NCBI RefSeq assembly: GCF_009834535.1
Contig: NC_045696.1
Location: 48,672,001 to 48,736,000, forward strand
Reading direction: 5' to 3'
Source of the DNA: Camelus ferus
Lineage: Eukaryota
DNA: 64,000 nt
A program made the position numbers and the translations under genes. The notes beneath the pieces are model-generated. The model ran no database searches. It was not told where the DNA came from and saw only the letters and a list, made by a program, of their open reading frames with translations. This document shows, piece by piece, positions 51,108-63,925 of the stretch (its first letter is position 1; the number at the start of each line of letters is the position of its first letter).

Positions 51108-53739
51108 CTATTTTGAATGTTATTATCTCTGAGAAACAAGAGGCCTCCTGGATTTGTTTTTAAATTATTATTGTAAGCCTTGTACTAAGACTTTAATGAG
51201 CACATACTCACTCTCCCCGAAAAGTATGTTTTTCATAAAAAGATGAACTAAGTCAAATATAAAGAAGAAAATTTTCTAAAATAATATTGAATTTGAAAAA
51301 TATTTGAAAAATAGTCCCTTGTAGGTTTTTGGAGGTATAACAATTTAACCCATTTCGATAGCCAATTTGGAGGCATAAGTACTAAATAATGAGAAAGTTG
51401 GGAAGATTAGCTGCTGGACCAGCTACTTAAGTAAGACAAGATTGAATGCTTCTCAGAAAAGTTACTGCCCAAAGTATTTTAAAGATAGGATCTAAAGAGA
51501 TAAACACATAGAAAGATGATAGGATTATCTTTTAATTCTATAAAAATCAAGCCTGAGAAAAAGGTTTTAATTTTTTTTACAACAAAAAAATAATATATTT
51601 CATTGTGTAACATTTAGAAAATAGAAACTGGCTAAAAGAAGAAATCTAACATCATTCATAAATGATGCAGGAGTACTTTAATATACCTGTGAACGTCTTC
51701 CAGCTCTGTTCATATATGTGTGTGTATGTGTGTGGCTTTGTGGGTTTGTGTGTGCTTGCGTACGGGTGTAAATTCCCTCTTATTTTCAGCCTGAGACTTG
51801 TGATACAAATAGGGTTGAAGAGCAAGGTTGGATCGCCTTCCTTTTTCCTCCTAGCAAACTAGCCCCCATTTGTACTCTAATGACTTCCTGGCTACTATTG
51901 ACGAGGGATAGATGGAGCTGTTGACCTTGAGGTTAAAACTTCCTTGTCTCCTGTTACTAATCTCCTGAGACAGCTTGTCCCCAGACAATGTTTCTTTTGG
52001 TCACATCTTCGTCTAAGTTCCTTCTCACAATAACCACTAAGAATCTATCAGTCTGAGAATAGTGAAAGCTGATCCTTGGAAAAACCACACCATGTTTCTC
52101 AAAGTACATGTTGAACTTTGATCTTCTTGCAGAAATTTCATGGTCGTTATGAACTGCCTTATCAAGACAATTTCCCTCCACGGTTCATAAAGAAAAACAG
52201 TCTAGAGAAGAACAGTTTTTTCAGATAACAGAGCGGGTCTCAAACATAATAAGGAGCACACCAAGCAGAAGGTCTCCAAAGCAGAAATCCATTTTTCCCA
52301 GGTATCATTTGCTATTTTTATAAATAATCAGGTAGCTAGTGTTTCCTTTTTTTTTTTGTTTTGATTCCTTCAGTCTCTCTTACAGGTTCTGCACAGAGGA
52401 CCTGATTTCATCATGACATAGTCAAGGAATCACTCACTTCCAAACCTATGCGTAAAGAGAGAAAACAAAAACACAAATGATTTGCCTTAAATTTATCATT
52501 TTGGGGACATTCATTCATCACAGATACATAAAATAGTTACCAAACTAACCAGAGGAAAGGAAAAGTCCTTGTGACACAGCTGAGATTGAAATGCCAAAGT
52601 GAATTCCCATCAGCCTCAGAATAGCATTAAACTGTTGCTGGATAGAAGATCTTCACATTGTAAGCACACATATTGGTCTAACAAAAAGTAAATTCCTTTA
52701 CCACTCAGGAAATTATGCACTTGCTTTGCTGTCATTTCAGCATAATACTTAGTACATGGTAGTATACAAACCTTTGAGTACCAATTGAGTTCTTTACTTG
52801 CAATTAAATTTGTTTAAACAGCTACTTTAAAAAAATGATCCTCTAATTCCTTAAAGTATTTCCAGTCTAAAATCCAGTTAAGGATTAAACCCATTGTATG
52901 CTCAAAAATGCTCAAGGCCAGCATTTTTATTGTCCAAATTACTGGCATTTACTTGTTGCAATGCCATTTTTTCCTTTGTGCATTTCTAATTGCATAAAAA
53001 ATGCACACATTTGAATTGGACTGGAAATCTAATCTTAATAAAAGGGAGTGAAACTATTCTTTTGTCTTTCTGAGAAAGTATTTTTTAGCATAGCTTAGAT
53101 CTAAGTGTAAATGTTAACTTCCAACATTTAAATCATGGGAAAAAATGGTCCTACCCCTTTCTCCATTGCAAAGCGTGTCAGAAAGGAGAATAAGAAACAG
53201 AGTAAGTCTCATTTTAAGAGAAGTGAAAGATATTTATAAACCAAACTACAATGTGTGGAAAACGATGCAGTAGAGGTAAAAGAGGTATAAAAAGATGACA
53301 AAACCAAGTGATTTCAAGATCTCAAGCCATCAGCTTGTGCATAGCTGCCCACAGAAGATGGTACACTTTAAGAGAAACACCCTGAGTCCATATCAGGAAC
53401 CATAAAAATATTGCCTGGTAACTGGCCTTACATTCTTTGCTGGGTTTTGAAGTGGCACCCAGAGCAACAAGGGCGATAAGACTGAAATCTTGCTGTTTCC
53501 AGAGGGAAGAGATTTGCACATGTCGTTTAGGAAGAGATTCTGAATCTTGACAATCCTTGTAGCTACAAATCCTGTTGGCTGCAGAAGAGAAACAGTTTAC
53601 AAAACGCATATAGCTCTGTTATAAGGAATTGTCATTTACATTGAGGAGAGTCCCCACCATTTGGGAACCTGATGCTGCTCACTTTTCCAATGACTATGCT
53701 GTAATTAAATCATCTTGTTAAACTCATCACATTTGGAGA

Positions 53740-54515
53740 TGAGAAATAATAAAAAATAAACTGGAAACCATTAGAAAATATAATAATGGAAAATACAAGG
53801 AAAATAAATGATAAGTGAAGGAAAATATTACTACAGAATAGCATGCTTCCATGGATTTAAGTAATATAACAAATCAAGAAAAGTCACAGCAGAGGTGCAA
53901 TAACTCAGGGCAGCAACGAGACAGGAGGACGTAAAATATAAGCTAACAGGTCGTGGTAGAAAAAGTATAAAAGAAAGGCAAATCATAACATAAATAGAGG
54001 CAATATATATGTAGACATGGATAAAAACACAGAATTGAAAACAGTAAGCAAAATAAAAATGTAAAAGTTTATAATGCAAATATGAGATCCAGAAGACAGT
54101 CAAAGGAAATATTGCATGAATATAAATGTCCCTGAAAAAAAAATCAAACTTCCAAGAGAAAAAAATGTATTTAAAGATATAAATTTGGAAGTTTTCTAAA
54201 AATAAAAAAGAGTTGAATTTACAAATGAAAAGAGCATAGTGTGTTTAGAAAAGATTATTTTATATAGAATGATGGTCACTGACACGTATCCTAGTAAAAT
54301 GGACTTCAAAGATAAAGATGAATAAAAAATAATCTTTTGAGGATCCATACAAGGAAAAAAAAAAAAAAAGAAGACCTAAGTCACTCAGAGGAAAAAAATT
54401 CAGATTGTCCTTAGACACACTGTCAACAGCACTATTCAACACCGGAATTCACTGGAGCAATACCCAAAAGTTTCAAGGGACAAAAACATGAAGATGTAAG
54501 AACACTGTACTTAAA
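53740..54515 (+). mobile_element. Old L1 ORF1 region (5'UTR-like sequence may extend to about 53250)
   Basis: 'ttgaatttacaaatgaaaagagca', 'atcctagtaaaatggacttcaaagataaag', 'aaattcagattgtccttagac...caacagcactattcaacacc'. Confidence 0.75.
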
Positions 54516-54829
54516 AATTATTGAGCTTTTGGGCCAACAGTGCTCTTGAGCCAGGCATAATGTCTGGAAAACTGTACATGGATGAGATTAGTGTTGGCAT
54601 ATACGTTTGACCCTCTGTTGCACATCCACCAGACAGTTCTGGCAAATTTAAAGATATGAGAGTAGATCCCAGGAGGAAAGAGGTCACATTTATGAACCAT
54701 GATAAATTAAAGTGTAAGCCAGGAAGGAGACACAAAGCTCAAGGGAAAAAACAGCTTTTCAGAACAATATCTTATCAAAACTAAACTTCATTAGATAGAG
54801 TGAAAACGCAGTCTAGTTTAAGACAATAC

Positions 54830-55025
54830 CTACTATTTGCCAGGCACGCAATAAACTCTCGACACGAATCAACTCATGTTAAGTCTCATGAACATCACGT
54901 AGGTGGTCATAGTTGATGGTGTTATTAGTATAACTGCATCTATTTTATAGACAGAGAATCTGAAGCTCAAAGTTTTTGAGTAACTTGCCCAAAGTCACAT
55001 AGCTCTTTGAACACAGTCTGGTTCC
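54830..55025 (-). mobile_element. MIR SINE
   Basis: 'cctactatttgccaggcac...ttttatagacagagaatctgaagctc...gtaacttgcccaaagtcacatagct'. Confidence 0.85.
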
Positions 55026-56252
55026 ACACACATCGTTGCTTCAGTTAGAGAAGAGGGAGGACCACTGCAAGGAAGCAATAGACGAAAAGAGAATTTCCAG
55101 GCAACCCCATGGACAGCGGTGTCAGACACTACAGGGAGGTCGAGTGGTGTCTGGCAATTAGGTGGGATTTTCTGATAGTTGAGAAAACAATCTCAGTAAG
55201 TGTTGAAAGCAGAAGCCAGACTAGGGTGAAAAGAGTAAGTGTCGGCAAGAAAAATGAAACAGTGAGTACAGATCAATATTTAGACAGGGAAGAGAAGACA
55301 TGGATATCTCCTAACACATTCTGGACCTTTTTTTTTTTTGTCTTTTCTCTATAAGGAAGTCTGAACTTGAGACCATTACTTTTGCCTAGTTTGAGAACCA
55401 CATCTCAGTAATACACATGTATGGGGCATTTGCATTTTATTCCCTTTCCTGTCTTGAATATTGCTATGATGGCTTGTAGACCACACAGAATACAGCGCAG
55501 AGCTGCAAAATGGATAATCAGAACATAAACTACGAAGAGTTGGAGACAATATCTTGAGCTGTCTGGTTTGACCTAAATTTGTTCTGCTATTAGGTAAACC
55601 CATTTACAGGACTTTTTCACGTCCTCGTTTAAAGCTTTGGGGATTTTGTTCTTGTCGGTGTTATAGTTCATGATACTGTTTACTTAGAATAGTGATCCTA
55701 GTCAGCTAAAAAAAAAAATGCTTTTAACAAATAGCATACAATGCAAGTAACAAGCTGCAGAACAATTAAGTGTGTTTTCCCCTAAATTAAGAAAAGGAGT
55801 TTTGAACTCTGTCGCCTCCTCTTTGGTTACCTAGTGATATTGCCCAGTAACAGCCTGTCTTCCCAAGCAGAGCCAAATAAAGCAGGTCTGCATATGCTCC
55901 AGTTTTAAAATTGCAAATTTACACTGTGGAGTCGGCCCCTCGAGGCCACATATAAATAGTGATGACACACTCAGGATGTTTGGGTATATCTCTCCAATAG
56001 TACAAAGGGAGCTTTTTTTTAAAAAAAACACAAAAATAGTTGGCCAGCTGTTGCAGCATTTCCCTGACTAGGTTCAAGACAATTTCTCTTTTTCCTTTAA
56101 TGGAAACAGCCAGCTACCTTTCCCCAGCCTTCTCCTCTTTTATGCCTCGGACAGCATCTGGGATTTGACGAAGGAGAAGTGTTGTGTTTGTGCTATCACA
56201 AAGCAGTCTGTCACTACTCAGAAGCAGCAGAAAATATGTATATAAAGCATTC

Positions 56253-56262
56253 TATATAAAAG
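56253..56262 (+). promoter_or_regulatory. Candidate TATA box
   Basis: TATATAAAAG in repeat-poor sequence, with a second TATAAA at 56241; motif match only. Confidence 0.25.
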
Positions 56263-57604
56263 GAGGCTGTCCTACACTTGGCAGGAGAGAGATGTGTGAA
56301 CCACAAACAAGATGGTGTTACTCGTGCAAGGACTGGGAGACAACGTGGATCCTTGCAACATCAAGTTATGAGCAAAGCAATCTCGCCACACAAACTCGTG
56401 GCCGAGGTTCTAAACTGAAACAAAAGCCCACAGTGACTTTAGGCTCTTAGTTTGGCCTTCATCCACGCAGTCTATCATAAATAAACAGATACTCTTCCCT
56501 ATGAGTCTTCAGCAAGAGCTAAAATAGCTAACTGGAATTTCTGAAAAGTAAGACTACAATCCTAGGCACCTCGCTTTTTTTTTTTTTTAATCTCCAGCAT
56601 ATCACAGCCTGGCACATGCATGTATTTAAAAAACAAATGAAAGTTAAATATTTCTCAGCTCCCTCTGCTACTGTATATGCACTGAGTGTGAATTCTCTTT
56701 TAATTGCCCCAAGAGTAATGTCCCTTTGGTGGTCATGACTGACCTGATCTTCACAGAGGACCCAAACATGTTAGAAGATATACATTTATAAACTGCTTCC
56801 CATTAACGCTTGATAAACACCGTCATGCTTAATAAACACAGAATCTACCTCTTTTTCCCAGCTACCTATGGCCACCACTGTCACCTTGCAGTCATTCTGT
56901 TCACTCCCCATGTCTCCTCCTCAGAAGATACCAAAATCTAAGCATTTTTCTGACCCTCTCATTTCTTAAGGCACTGCTGTCAGTTTCTGCAGGGCTCTCT
57001 CCTCTGCCTCCCAGGCTGCACAAGGGAGTGGCTCAGGAGCTGGGACAGCTGAGAAGGGCACAGTTGAGGCTAATCCCAGAGAACAATGCAAAATTAGCAT
57101 CTGCCTATTTGAGATCATGGTCATTCTCTCACCCTTATGAGGATTTATCAAGGGCTGCTGTGTGTACTACTAAGGTAGATGGATTTAAACCTCAAAGAAA
57201 AAAGTAGAATTTAATGTGGGCCTAACAGTACCAGCAGCTGCCCATCAAATGTAAGCATTATAAAATTACCACAATCTCTGTGGGTTAACAGCAATGTTGG
57301 CCTAGAAGAAATCCAGGATTCTTTCTGTGTGTGTGCAGTAATTGATTTATTGGTTGATTTCCCTTATAGTTCCTATTTCAGCAGTCCTAAACTCAGAGAT
57401 TAGAACTACATCATAAGTTGGTGGTGTCATCGCACATTTGTGTGTCATATTACACACTTTTTTCTTAGACATTACCTTATTTGAACTTGGTATCATACAA
57501 AATTACATTATTATATTGGTATCTTTTTTAAGAAAAATCGGAATTATACCTGGCAGAACTTGTACGTGTAAAAAATTATGGGTCATTGTTAAACTTGGCA
57601 TTCT

Positions 57605-57840
57605 AAGAAAGTTATTTGAGTTCTCTAAGGCTTTATATATATACATAAAAAATATATATATATGTGTATATATATAAAGCCTTAGAGAACTCAAATATAT
57701 ATATATTTGAGAATATATATAAAATTCTATAAAAGAGGTGTAACAATAGTACCAAATACATAAAGCTGTTTGAAGTTTAAAGAAGTTAATATATGAAGGT
57801 TGATTAGAATAGGTCTGACATAGAAATGTTAACTATGGTT
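57605..57840 (+). mobile_element. MIR fragment containing an inverted duplication
   Basis: 'aaagttatttgagttctctaaggc...tctataaaagaggtgtaacaatagtacc...gttaatatatgaaggttgattagaatagg'. Confidence 0.65.
57613..57697. repeat. Perfect 33-bp inverted repeat with a 19-nt spacer
   Basis: 57613-57645 tatttgagttctctaaggctttatatatataca is the exact reverse complement of 57665-57697. Confidence 0.97.
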
Positions 57841-58880
57841 GTTTTGTAGCATTAGTATTATCATTAATATTATTATTTTCAAAGAAATCATCCTAGAGAA
57901 TTTCCATTGTTTTGACTTTATAGATTCAGACTTTAAAGGTGATGTCTGTGTAAAGAATTCTTACAGTGGATTTTGGTTTTAAACTCAAGTTGAAACATGA
58001 ATAAATAGGGTATTTCATTGTACTTTTGCTGCTATCTGAAAGGGGCTATTTTTAAAAGACCTTTCCTGTAGGCAGGTGAATAAAATCTACAAATCTCAGC
58101 TGTCTCTGTCACCCAACTAGGCTTGTTATTGTTGAGTCACAGACTTTTAACACTGTCTTCATAACATTCTCAGGTATGACTCGTTACATTTTAAGATTTT
58201 TCAGTCATTTAATTTTTGTGACTACCTAGGGCCAAATGTGTCCTAGTGGTACAAAGTACACCGAGTTTTATATCCCCTCTTTTTATAATTTAACACATAA
58301 TTACCAGTAAAAGAATGTGGTATGGATTGTACGTCAAAAGATGGTACTATACCCCAAGAGAACATTCGGATTTAAGTTTTATATTTTTAATTCCAAATAA
58401 GTGCATCTCTACTAATAGATTAAATCTGGGCCAAAAGATAGCACTTTCAGACTGTTTTATGACTCTATATTCTTCAAAATTTTATGTCTTGTCCTTAGCA
58501 GGAAAAAGATGTTCACAAGTCCCTCATCTTAGTCCATTCTCAACTCTGCCCACTGAACTCTTCATAAGAAGAGGACAGTGATGATTTTAAGCCAACCTGT
58601 GAAGTATATCTTCAGGGCCTTATATGTGCTATTTCACCTGCTGGGGCAAACTCTCCATCTACTTTATACATCTGCAACTTTGGCTGCTCTGGTCCTTGGC
58701 CCTAAGCCAAGAAGCCCGGACATGCACAGTGCTGTAAAATCCTCCCTGAGACCCCCAGGCAGGTCTCACATGTGCACTTGCACGGGTGCCCTCCCCAGGA
58801 ATCTACCTTGCCTTCCTGGCTAGTCATTGATTCCATGGGCTCCAGGCCCCTCCTGCTCTTTGACAATGCCCACTCATTCC

Positions 58881-58905
58881 CCACCACCACCACCACCACC
58901 ACCAC
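58881..58905. repeat. (CCA)n trinucleotide repeat
   Basis: About 8 units seen directly. Confidence 0.95.
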
Positions 58906-59613
58906 TGTCAGTGATGGACACTGTCTCTCATACTGCCAAGCTGTTGGGGTTTTCTAGCCTTTTCAGTTTCTTTGAACATGTATACAATCAGCTTTCCTTC
59001 ATTGGGCACATAGAAAATGCCTGGGCAGCCTTTGTCCCAACAGCTCTTGAGGTGCAGAGCACCCAGTTCTTTAAGCCCTCTTCAGACTGCCATCAGAATA
59101 GTTACATGGCCTTGTATCCTTTAGACTTCTCAGATGTGAGTCAGACACTAGTTCACCGAGTTCCAGGGAACACATATAATACTTGATGTGAGGGACAAGG
59201 ATCACCCATCCCTCCTCCAGAGGTAGGGCATTAAGGTAGAGATGAATTAGAGCTTACGACAGTTCTCTCCAAAAATCCTCTTCCAACATCCAACTTGACA
59301 TTTAGGAATTTAGACCTAAACGTGGATGAGGAATTGATCCGCAGATTGGAACTGTCCACCTCCTGGGCAACACTTGCATGATGGTTCTCACCTAATTTCA
59401 AAATGTTCAGGGGGCTCCAACAAAACTGAGACTAACAGAGTTTAATTTCAAAACAATATTACCAATGTGTGAAATACTACAGAAATATCAGTAAGAGGAT
59501 ATTTCATTTTTGCTGTATGAAACTCAACAACTGCATTGGCCAAACTGTCAATATTGTCTGGAAGATCTCACAAAATAGAAACTTTGTTAACTTTCAGGAA
59601 TTAATGCATTTTA

Positions 59614-61184
59614 TTTTATTTATTTTTTCAATTGAAGTATAGTTGATTTACAACATTGTGTTAGTTTCTGGTATGCAACAAAATGATTCAGATATATATA
59701 TATATATACATATATTCTTTTTCCTATTCTTTTCCATTATAGGTTATCACAAAATATAGAATAGATTTCCCTGTGCTATACAGTAGGACCTGGTTCTTTA
59801 TTTATTTTACATACAGTAGCTTGTATCTGCTAATTTCAATCTCCTAATTTATCTCTCCCCCTACCATGTTTCCCTCTTGGTAATCATAAATTTGTCTTTG
59901 ATGTCTGTGTGTCTATTTCTGATTTGTAAATAAGTTCATTTCTATCATATTTTAGATTCCATATATGTGGATATCATGATATTTTTGAGATCATACCTTT
60001 GTCTTTTTCTGTCTGACTTCCTTTATCATGATAATCTCTAAATCCATCCATGTTGCTGCAAATTGCGTTATTTCATTCTTTCTTATGGCTGAATCGTATT
60101 CTATTGTCTATATACACAACATCTTCTTTATCCAGTCACCTGTTGATGGACATTTAGGTTGCTTCCAGGTCTTGACTATTATAAATAGTACTGTTATGGA
60201 CATTGGGGTGCATGTATCTTTTTGAATTAAAGTTTTACCTGGATATATGCCCAGGAATGGGATTGCTGGATTATATGATAGCTCTATTTTTAGTTTTTTA
60301 AGGAATTTTCATACTGTTGTCCATAGTGGCTGCACCAATTTACATTCCCATCAACACTGTAGAAGAGTTGCCTTTTCTCCACACCCTTTCCAGCATTTAT
60401 TATTTGTACGCTTTTTGATGATGGCCATTCTGACCAGTGTGAGGTGATAACTCATTATAGTTTTACTTTGCATTTCTGATAATTAGTGATGTTGAGCATC
60501 TTTTCATGTGCCTATTAGCCATCTGTATGTCTTCTTTGGAGACAGATGTTTAAGTCTTCTGCCCATTTTTTGATTGGGTTGTTTTTTATTATTGGGTTGT
60601 ATTTGTATAATTTTGTAAATTAATCCCTTGTTGGTTGCATCATTTGCAAATATTTTCTCCCATTCTGTAGACTGTCTCTTCATTTTGTTTATGGTTTCTT
60701 TTGCTGTGCAAAAGCTTATAAATTTGATTAGGTCCCATTTGTTTATTTTTGCCTTGGGAGATTGACTTAGAAAAACATTACTATGGTTTATGTCAGAAAA
60801 TGTTTTGTCTATGTTCTAGCAGTTTTATGGTGTCCTGTCCTATATTTAAGTCTTTAAGCCACTTTGAGTTTATTTTTGTGTATGATGTGAGGGAGTGTTC
60901 TAACTTCATTGATTTACATGCCAACACCATGCTATTTTGATTACTGTAGCTCTGTAGTATTGTCTGAAGTTTGGGAAGTTTATGCCTCCAGCTTTGTTCT
61001 TTTCCCTCAGAATTGCTTTGGCAGTTCTGGATCTTTTATGGTTCCATATAAATTTTAGGATTATCTGTTCTAGTTCTGTGGAAAATGTCCTGGGTAATTT
61101 GATAGGGAGAGCATTAAATCTGTAGATTGCTTTAGGCAGTATGGCTATTTTAACAATATTAACTCTTCCAATCCAAGAGCATGG
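59614..61184 (-). mobile_element. 5'-truncated L1 (ORF2 C-terminus + 3'UTR) with exact 12-bp TSD
   Basis: TSD taatgcatttta at 59602-59613 and 61185-61196; canonical antisense text 'attgaagtatagttgatttacaa' and 'agtggctgcaccaatttacattccca'. Confidence 0.95.
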
Positions 61185-61696
61185 TAATGCATTTTAAATG
61201 AGGAGGCTATGGAGAGGCTAGTGATTTATACAATATGAAATAAATCTAGATTTTTCAAAAGCAGTTGGGAGCATTATTGAAAAGGAGGATCTAAACTTTG
61301 CTCAGATTCCTCCACATTCCTACCCCATAATAAGATAAATCCAAGATCTATTTATTAGCAAGAGAGGGCTCAAAACTGTGAATGCCTTTAGGATTTGATT
61401 GCCATTTCCATACACTGAAAATTTCTATAGGATATAAATCCACAATAGGCTCAGCAAATGGACAGAGGACTAAAGGGGAGAAAAAGCAACAGAAAGGAAA
61501 AAGATACAAAATTCTTACAGCCCAAACAAAACTGCATCTGCATGCAAGCTGCAGTCTGCTCTTCTGAGCAGTGGTTGTTTTAGCCATGTTAATGTTCTTT
61601 GCCGTGGAAGCAATGTCGGTTGCTCTTCATTCATGTGTTTTCCACCACAGATTAGAAGCTATTCTTTTCCTTTCTTGCGTGCTTTCTTTCTGTTTC

Positions 61697-61797
61697 TTTA
61701 TTATTATATTTTTATTTTTTAATGGAGGTACTGGGGATTGAATCCAGGACCTCATGCATGCTAAGCATGTGCTCTACCACTGAGCTATGCCCTCCCC
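61697..61797 (-). mobile_element. Camelid tRNA-Ala-derived SINE (Vic-1-like), full head
   Basis: Reverse complement GGGGAGGGCATAGCTCAGTGGTAGAGCACATGCTTAGCATGCATGAGGTCCTGGATTCAATCCCCAGTACCTCC plus an A-rich tail. Confidence 0.93.
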
Positions 61798-61974
61798 ATC
61801 TTATTTTTTATTTCATTTAATTTTTAAATGTCTCTCTCCTTTTTTAAAATAAAAGTCTCTCTTCTCTCATTATGGCATGAACTTTCACCTTTTCTCCCCC
61901 CCACTTTCAGCTTTCAGGTGGTTTCCCAAATTGAGCACTACACGTAACCCTAGTGATCCATCTGTCCCCTTTTC

Positions 61975-62042
61975 CTTATCTGTCTCCAGTGATATAGCCA
62001 AATGCCCTTTGAGGTTTCAAACTGGCAGGTTGGGCAAAACTG
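61975..62042 (+). mobile_element. MER20-like hAT terminal fragment
   Basis: 'tgtctccagtgatatagccaaatgccctttgagg...caggttgggcaaaactg'. Confidence 0.5.
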
Positions 62043-62599
62043 AAACATTGGCACCTAGGAAAGATTCATCAAGAAATTTTCACAAGTATGACAAACTAAA
62101 TCCTGCTATTTATTCAAAAAGGAAAGAGGAGAAAATATTTCTCTTTATTTCTGGTAGTATCTGACAAATCTATGTATTATTTTATATTGTCTGCCAAACT
62201 TTATACCACATCACCATATGCATTATATCAGAAAAATAACTGTACTGGGCACCATCTGCAGAAAGCATAAAAATGTTCAGGCTATCCTTGAGCTAGTGAA
62301 TTATCTGTGGTGAAGGTGTGCACAAAACCCAATTTCAATAGTTCAGCCTATCACTATTTCTTGAATGACTGTCTTGGCTGGTCTAAAACTGCATTTTATT
62401 CATCTCTCATCAAGTTTAGGTCAGTGTTACTTATATTCACAAAATTCAGTGTTTTATGTGATTTCACAAATAGGAAAAGTAGTAACTGTTTAATTTTAAT
62501 AATAGGAATGAGAAAACAAGCTTAGAAATAGGTTACTTTCTGTACTAAAATTAAATAGTCATGCTGGATGCAAAATAAAAATTAAAAAAAAAAAACAGA

Positions 62600-63295
62600 A
62601 GTAGAATAACTACTGAAAGGAGCAACTTAAGTCATGAACTTGATCCACAGCAATAACAGATAACTAGGGGAAAATGAATAAATATATAACCTACTTTTAA
62701 ATAAATTAGAAATATAATCATTATCAGAAAGTACTTGTTAATCTTTCTAGGATGTAAGTTAGGATAAACTTTTGCAAGTCTATTTGAAAATGAATCAAGA
62801 ATACTACAGATATTTCTTCCCTTTGACACAGTACTCACGATTGTCAAAGATTTATGAATTATTTATTTATATTTGAGGCTGTTCAAGGTTTTATTATTTA
62901 TAACTGGAAAAAAGTTAGAAACTGCCTATGTCCAATACTAGTTTAATTAATTTACACTGAACACTTAAGAAAGAATACTATATCATTTTACAAATCACAT
63001 TTTCAATGAGTAATGATACTGAAAAATGATCTGAAGTAAAGAAATGTTGATATAATTTTCTTTTCAAAGAATGATCCCATTTTTCTACATAAATAGACTT
63101 AAATGTATGATTAGATCAACTTTGAGACAGAAAGCAAGGGAACTAACACGAGGGGAAAAACTCCAGGTGTGTAAAAGTGGTCATTTCTTGGTGATGGATG
63201 TATTGTGATTTTCATTTTTATTCTTAAAAAAGTGTATTATCTTTATTCTTAAAAAACATGTACAATTTTAAAGGAAGAAAGTTTCATATTAAAGG
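62600..63295 (+). mobile_element. Very old L1 3' fragments
   Basis: 'ttattatttataactggaaaaaagttagaaactgcctatgtccaata' and 'gtggtcatttcttggtgatggatgtattgtgattttcattttt'. Confidence 0.55.
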
Positions 63296-63729
63296 CTGTC
63301 ATAGTGATGTAGATAATGGGGGAGAAAAGAGAACCAACTGAATAATAAATGGAAAAGGAAAGGGGAACGAAGGGAGAGAAGGGGGTAGGGAGGGAGGAAG
63401 AGGACACTGGATATGCTCAGTGGAAACTCCAGAATTTCCATCTAGGAAAGTCTTACAGCAGCAATCCATCTGGAAAGGGTGAACTTAACTCTCAAATTGT
63501 TATTAATAGGATGGCAATAGCGTATTTGAACTTCCTGTCACTCCTAGAATTATTAACAGACTTTTGAAATATTATGTAAAGCACAGGGAAGAGCCCTGTC
63601 ACTTTCATACCCCATTACCTTTTCTTAAACTGATTATTTTTTAATGATATAAGCATTAACAGAGATACTTCTTCCCAAATCGACAAGGATTAATGGTGAG
63701 AAGAAATTAGCACCTTTTTCTAAGAAAAG

Positions 63730-63925
63730 GACATTTGTTGAACTCATACCTTAATTTCGACAGTCGTAACTAGGTGTGTTGAAATAACCATACAATAAAG
63801 GGGTTATTACCCCCATTTTGTAGTTTCTCAAACTGAGATTTATAGAATTTAATTCATTTATTAGGGTCACCCAGTTTGGAATCCATGAGTCATAGTATGC
63901 CCCTAGTTTCTCGGACTAGTCCTCC
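63730..63925 (-). mobile_element. MIR SINE
   Basis: 'ttattacccccattttgtagtttctcaaactgagatttatagaatttaattcatttattagggtcaccc'. Confidence 0.7.

Noticed and set aside
54523..54650. Possible snoRNA or snRNA-like insert after the L1 ORF1 fragment
   Set aside because: Only a short gccaaca/tgttggc stem; no convincing C/D or H/ACA boxes and no recognised family. An Rfam search would settle it.
60028..60940. Plus-strand ORFs 60028-60225, 60247-60447 and 60749-60940
   Set aside because: Antisense readings of L1 sequence, a common source of spurious hypothetical proteins.
61724..61797. Functional tRNA-Ala(AGC) gene
   Set aside because: Extra 5' bases, an altered T-loop/B-box, CpG decay and an A-rich tail indicate a SINE copy.
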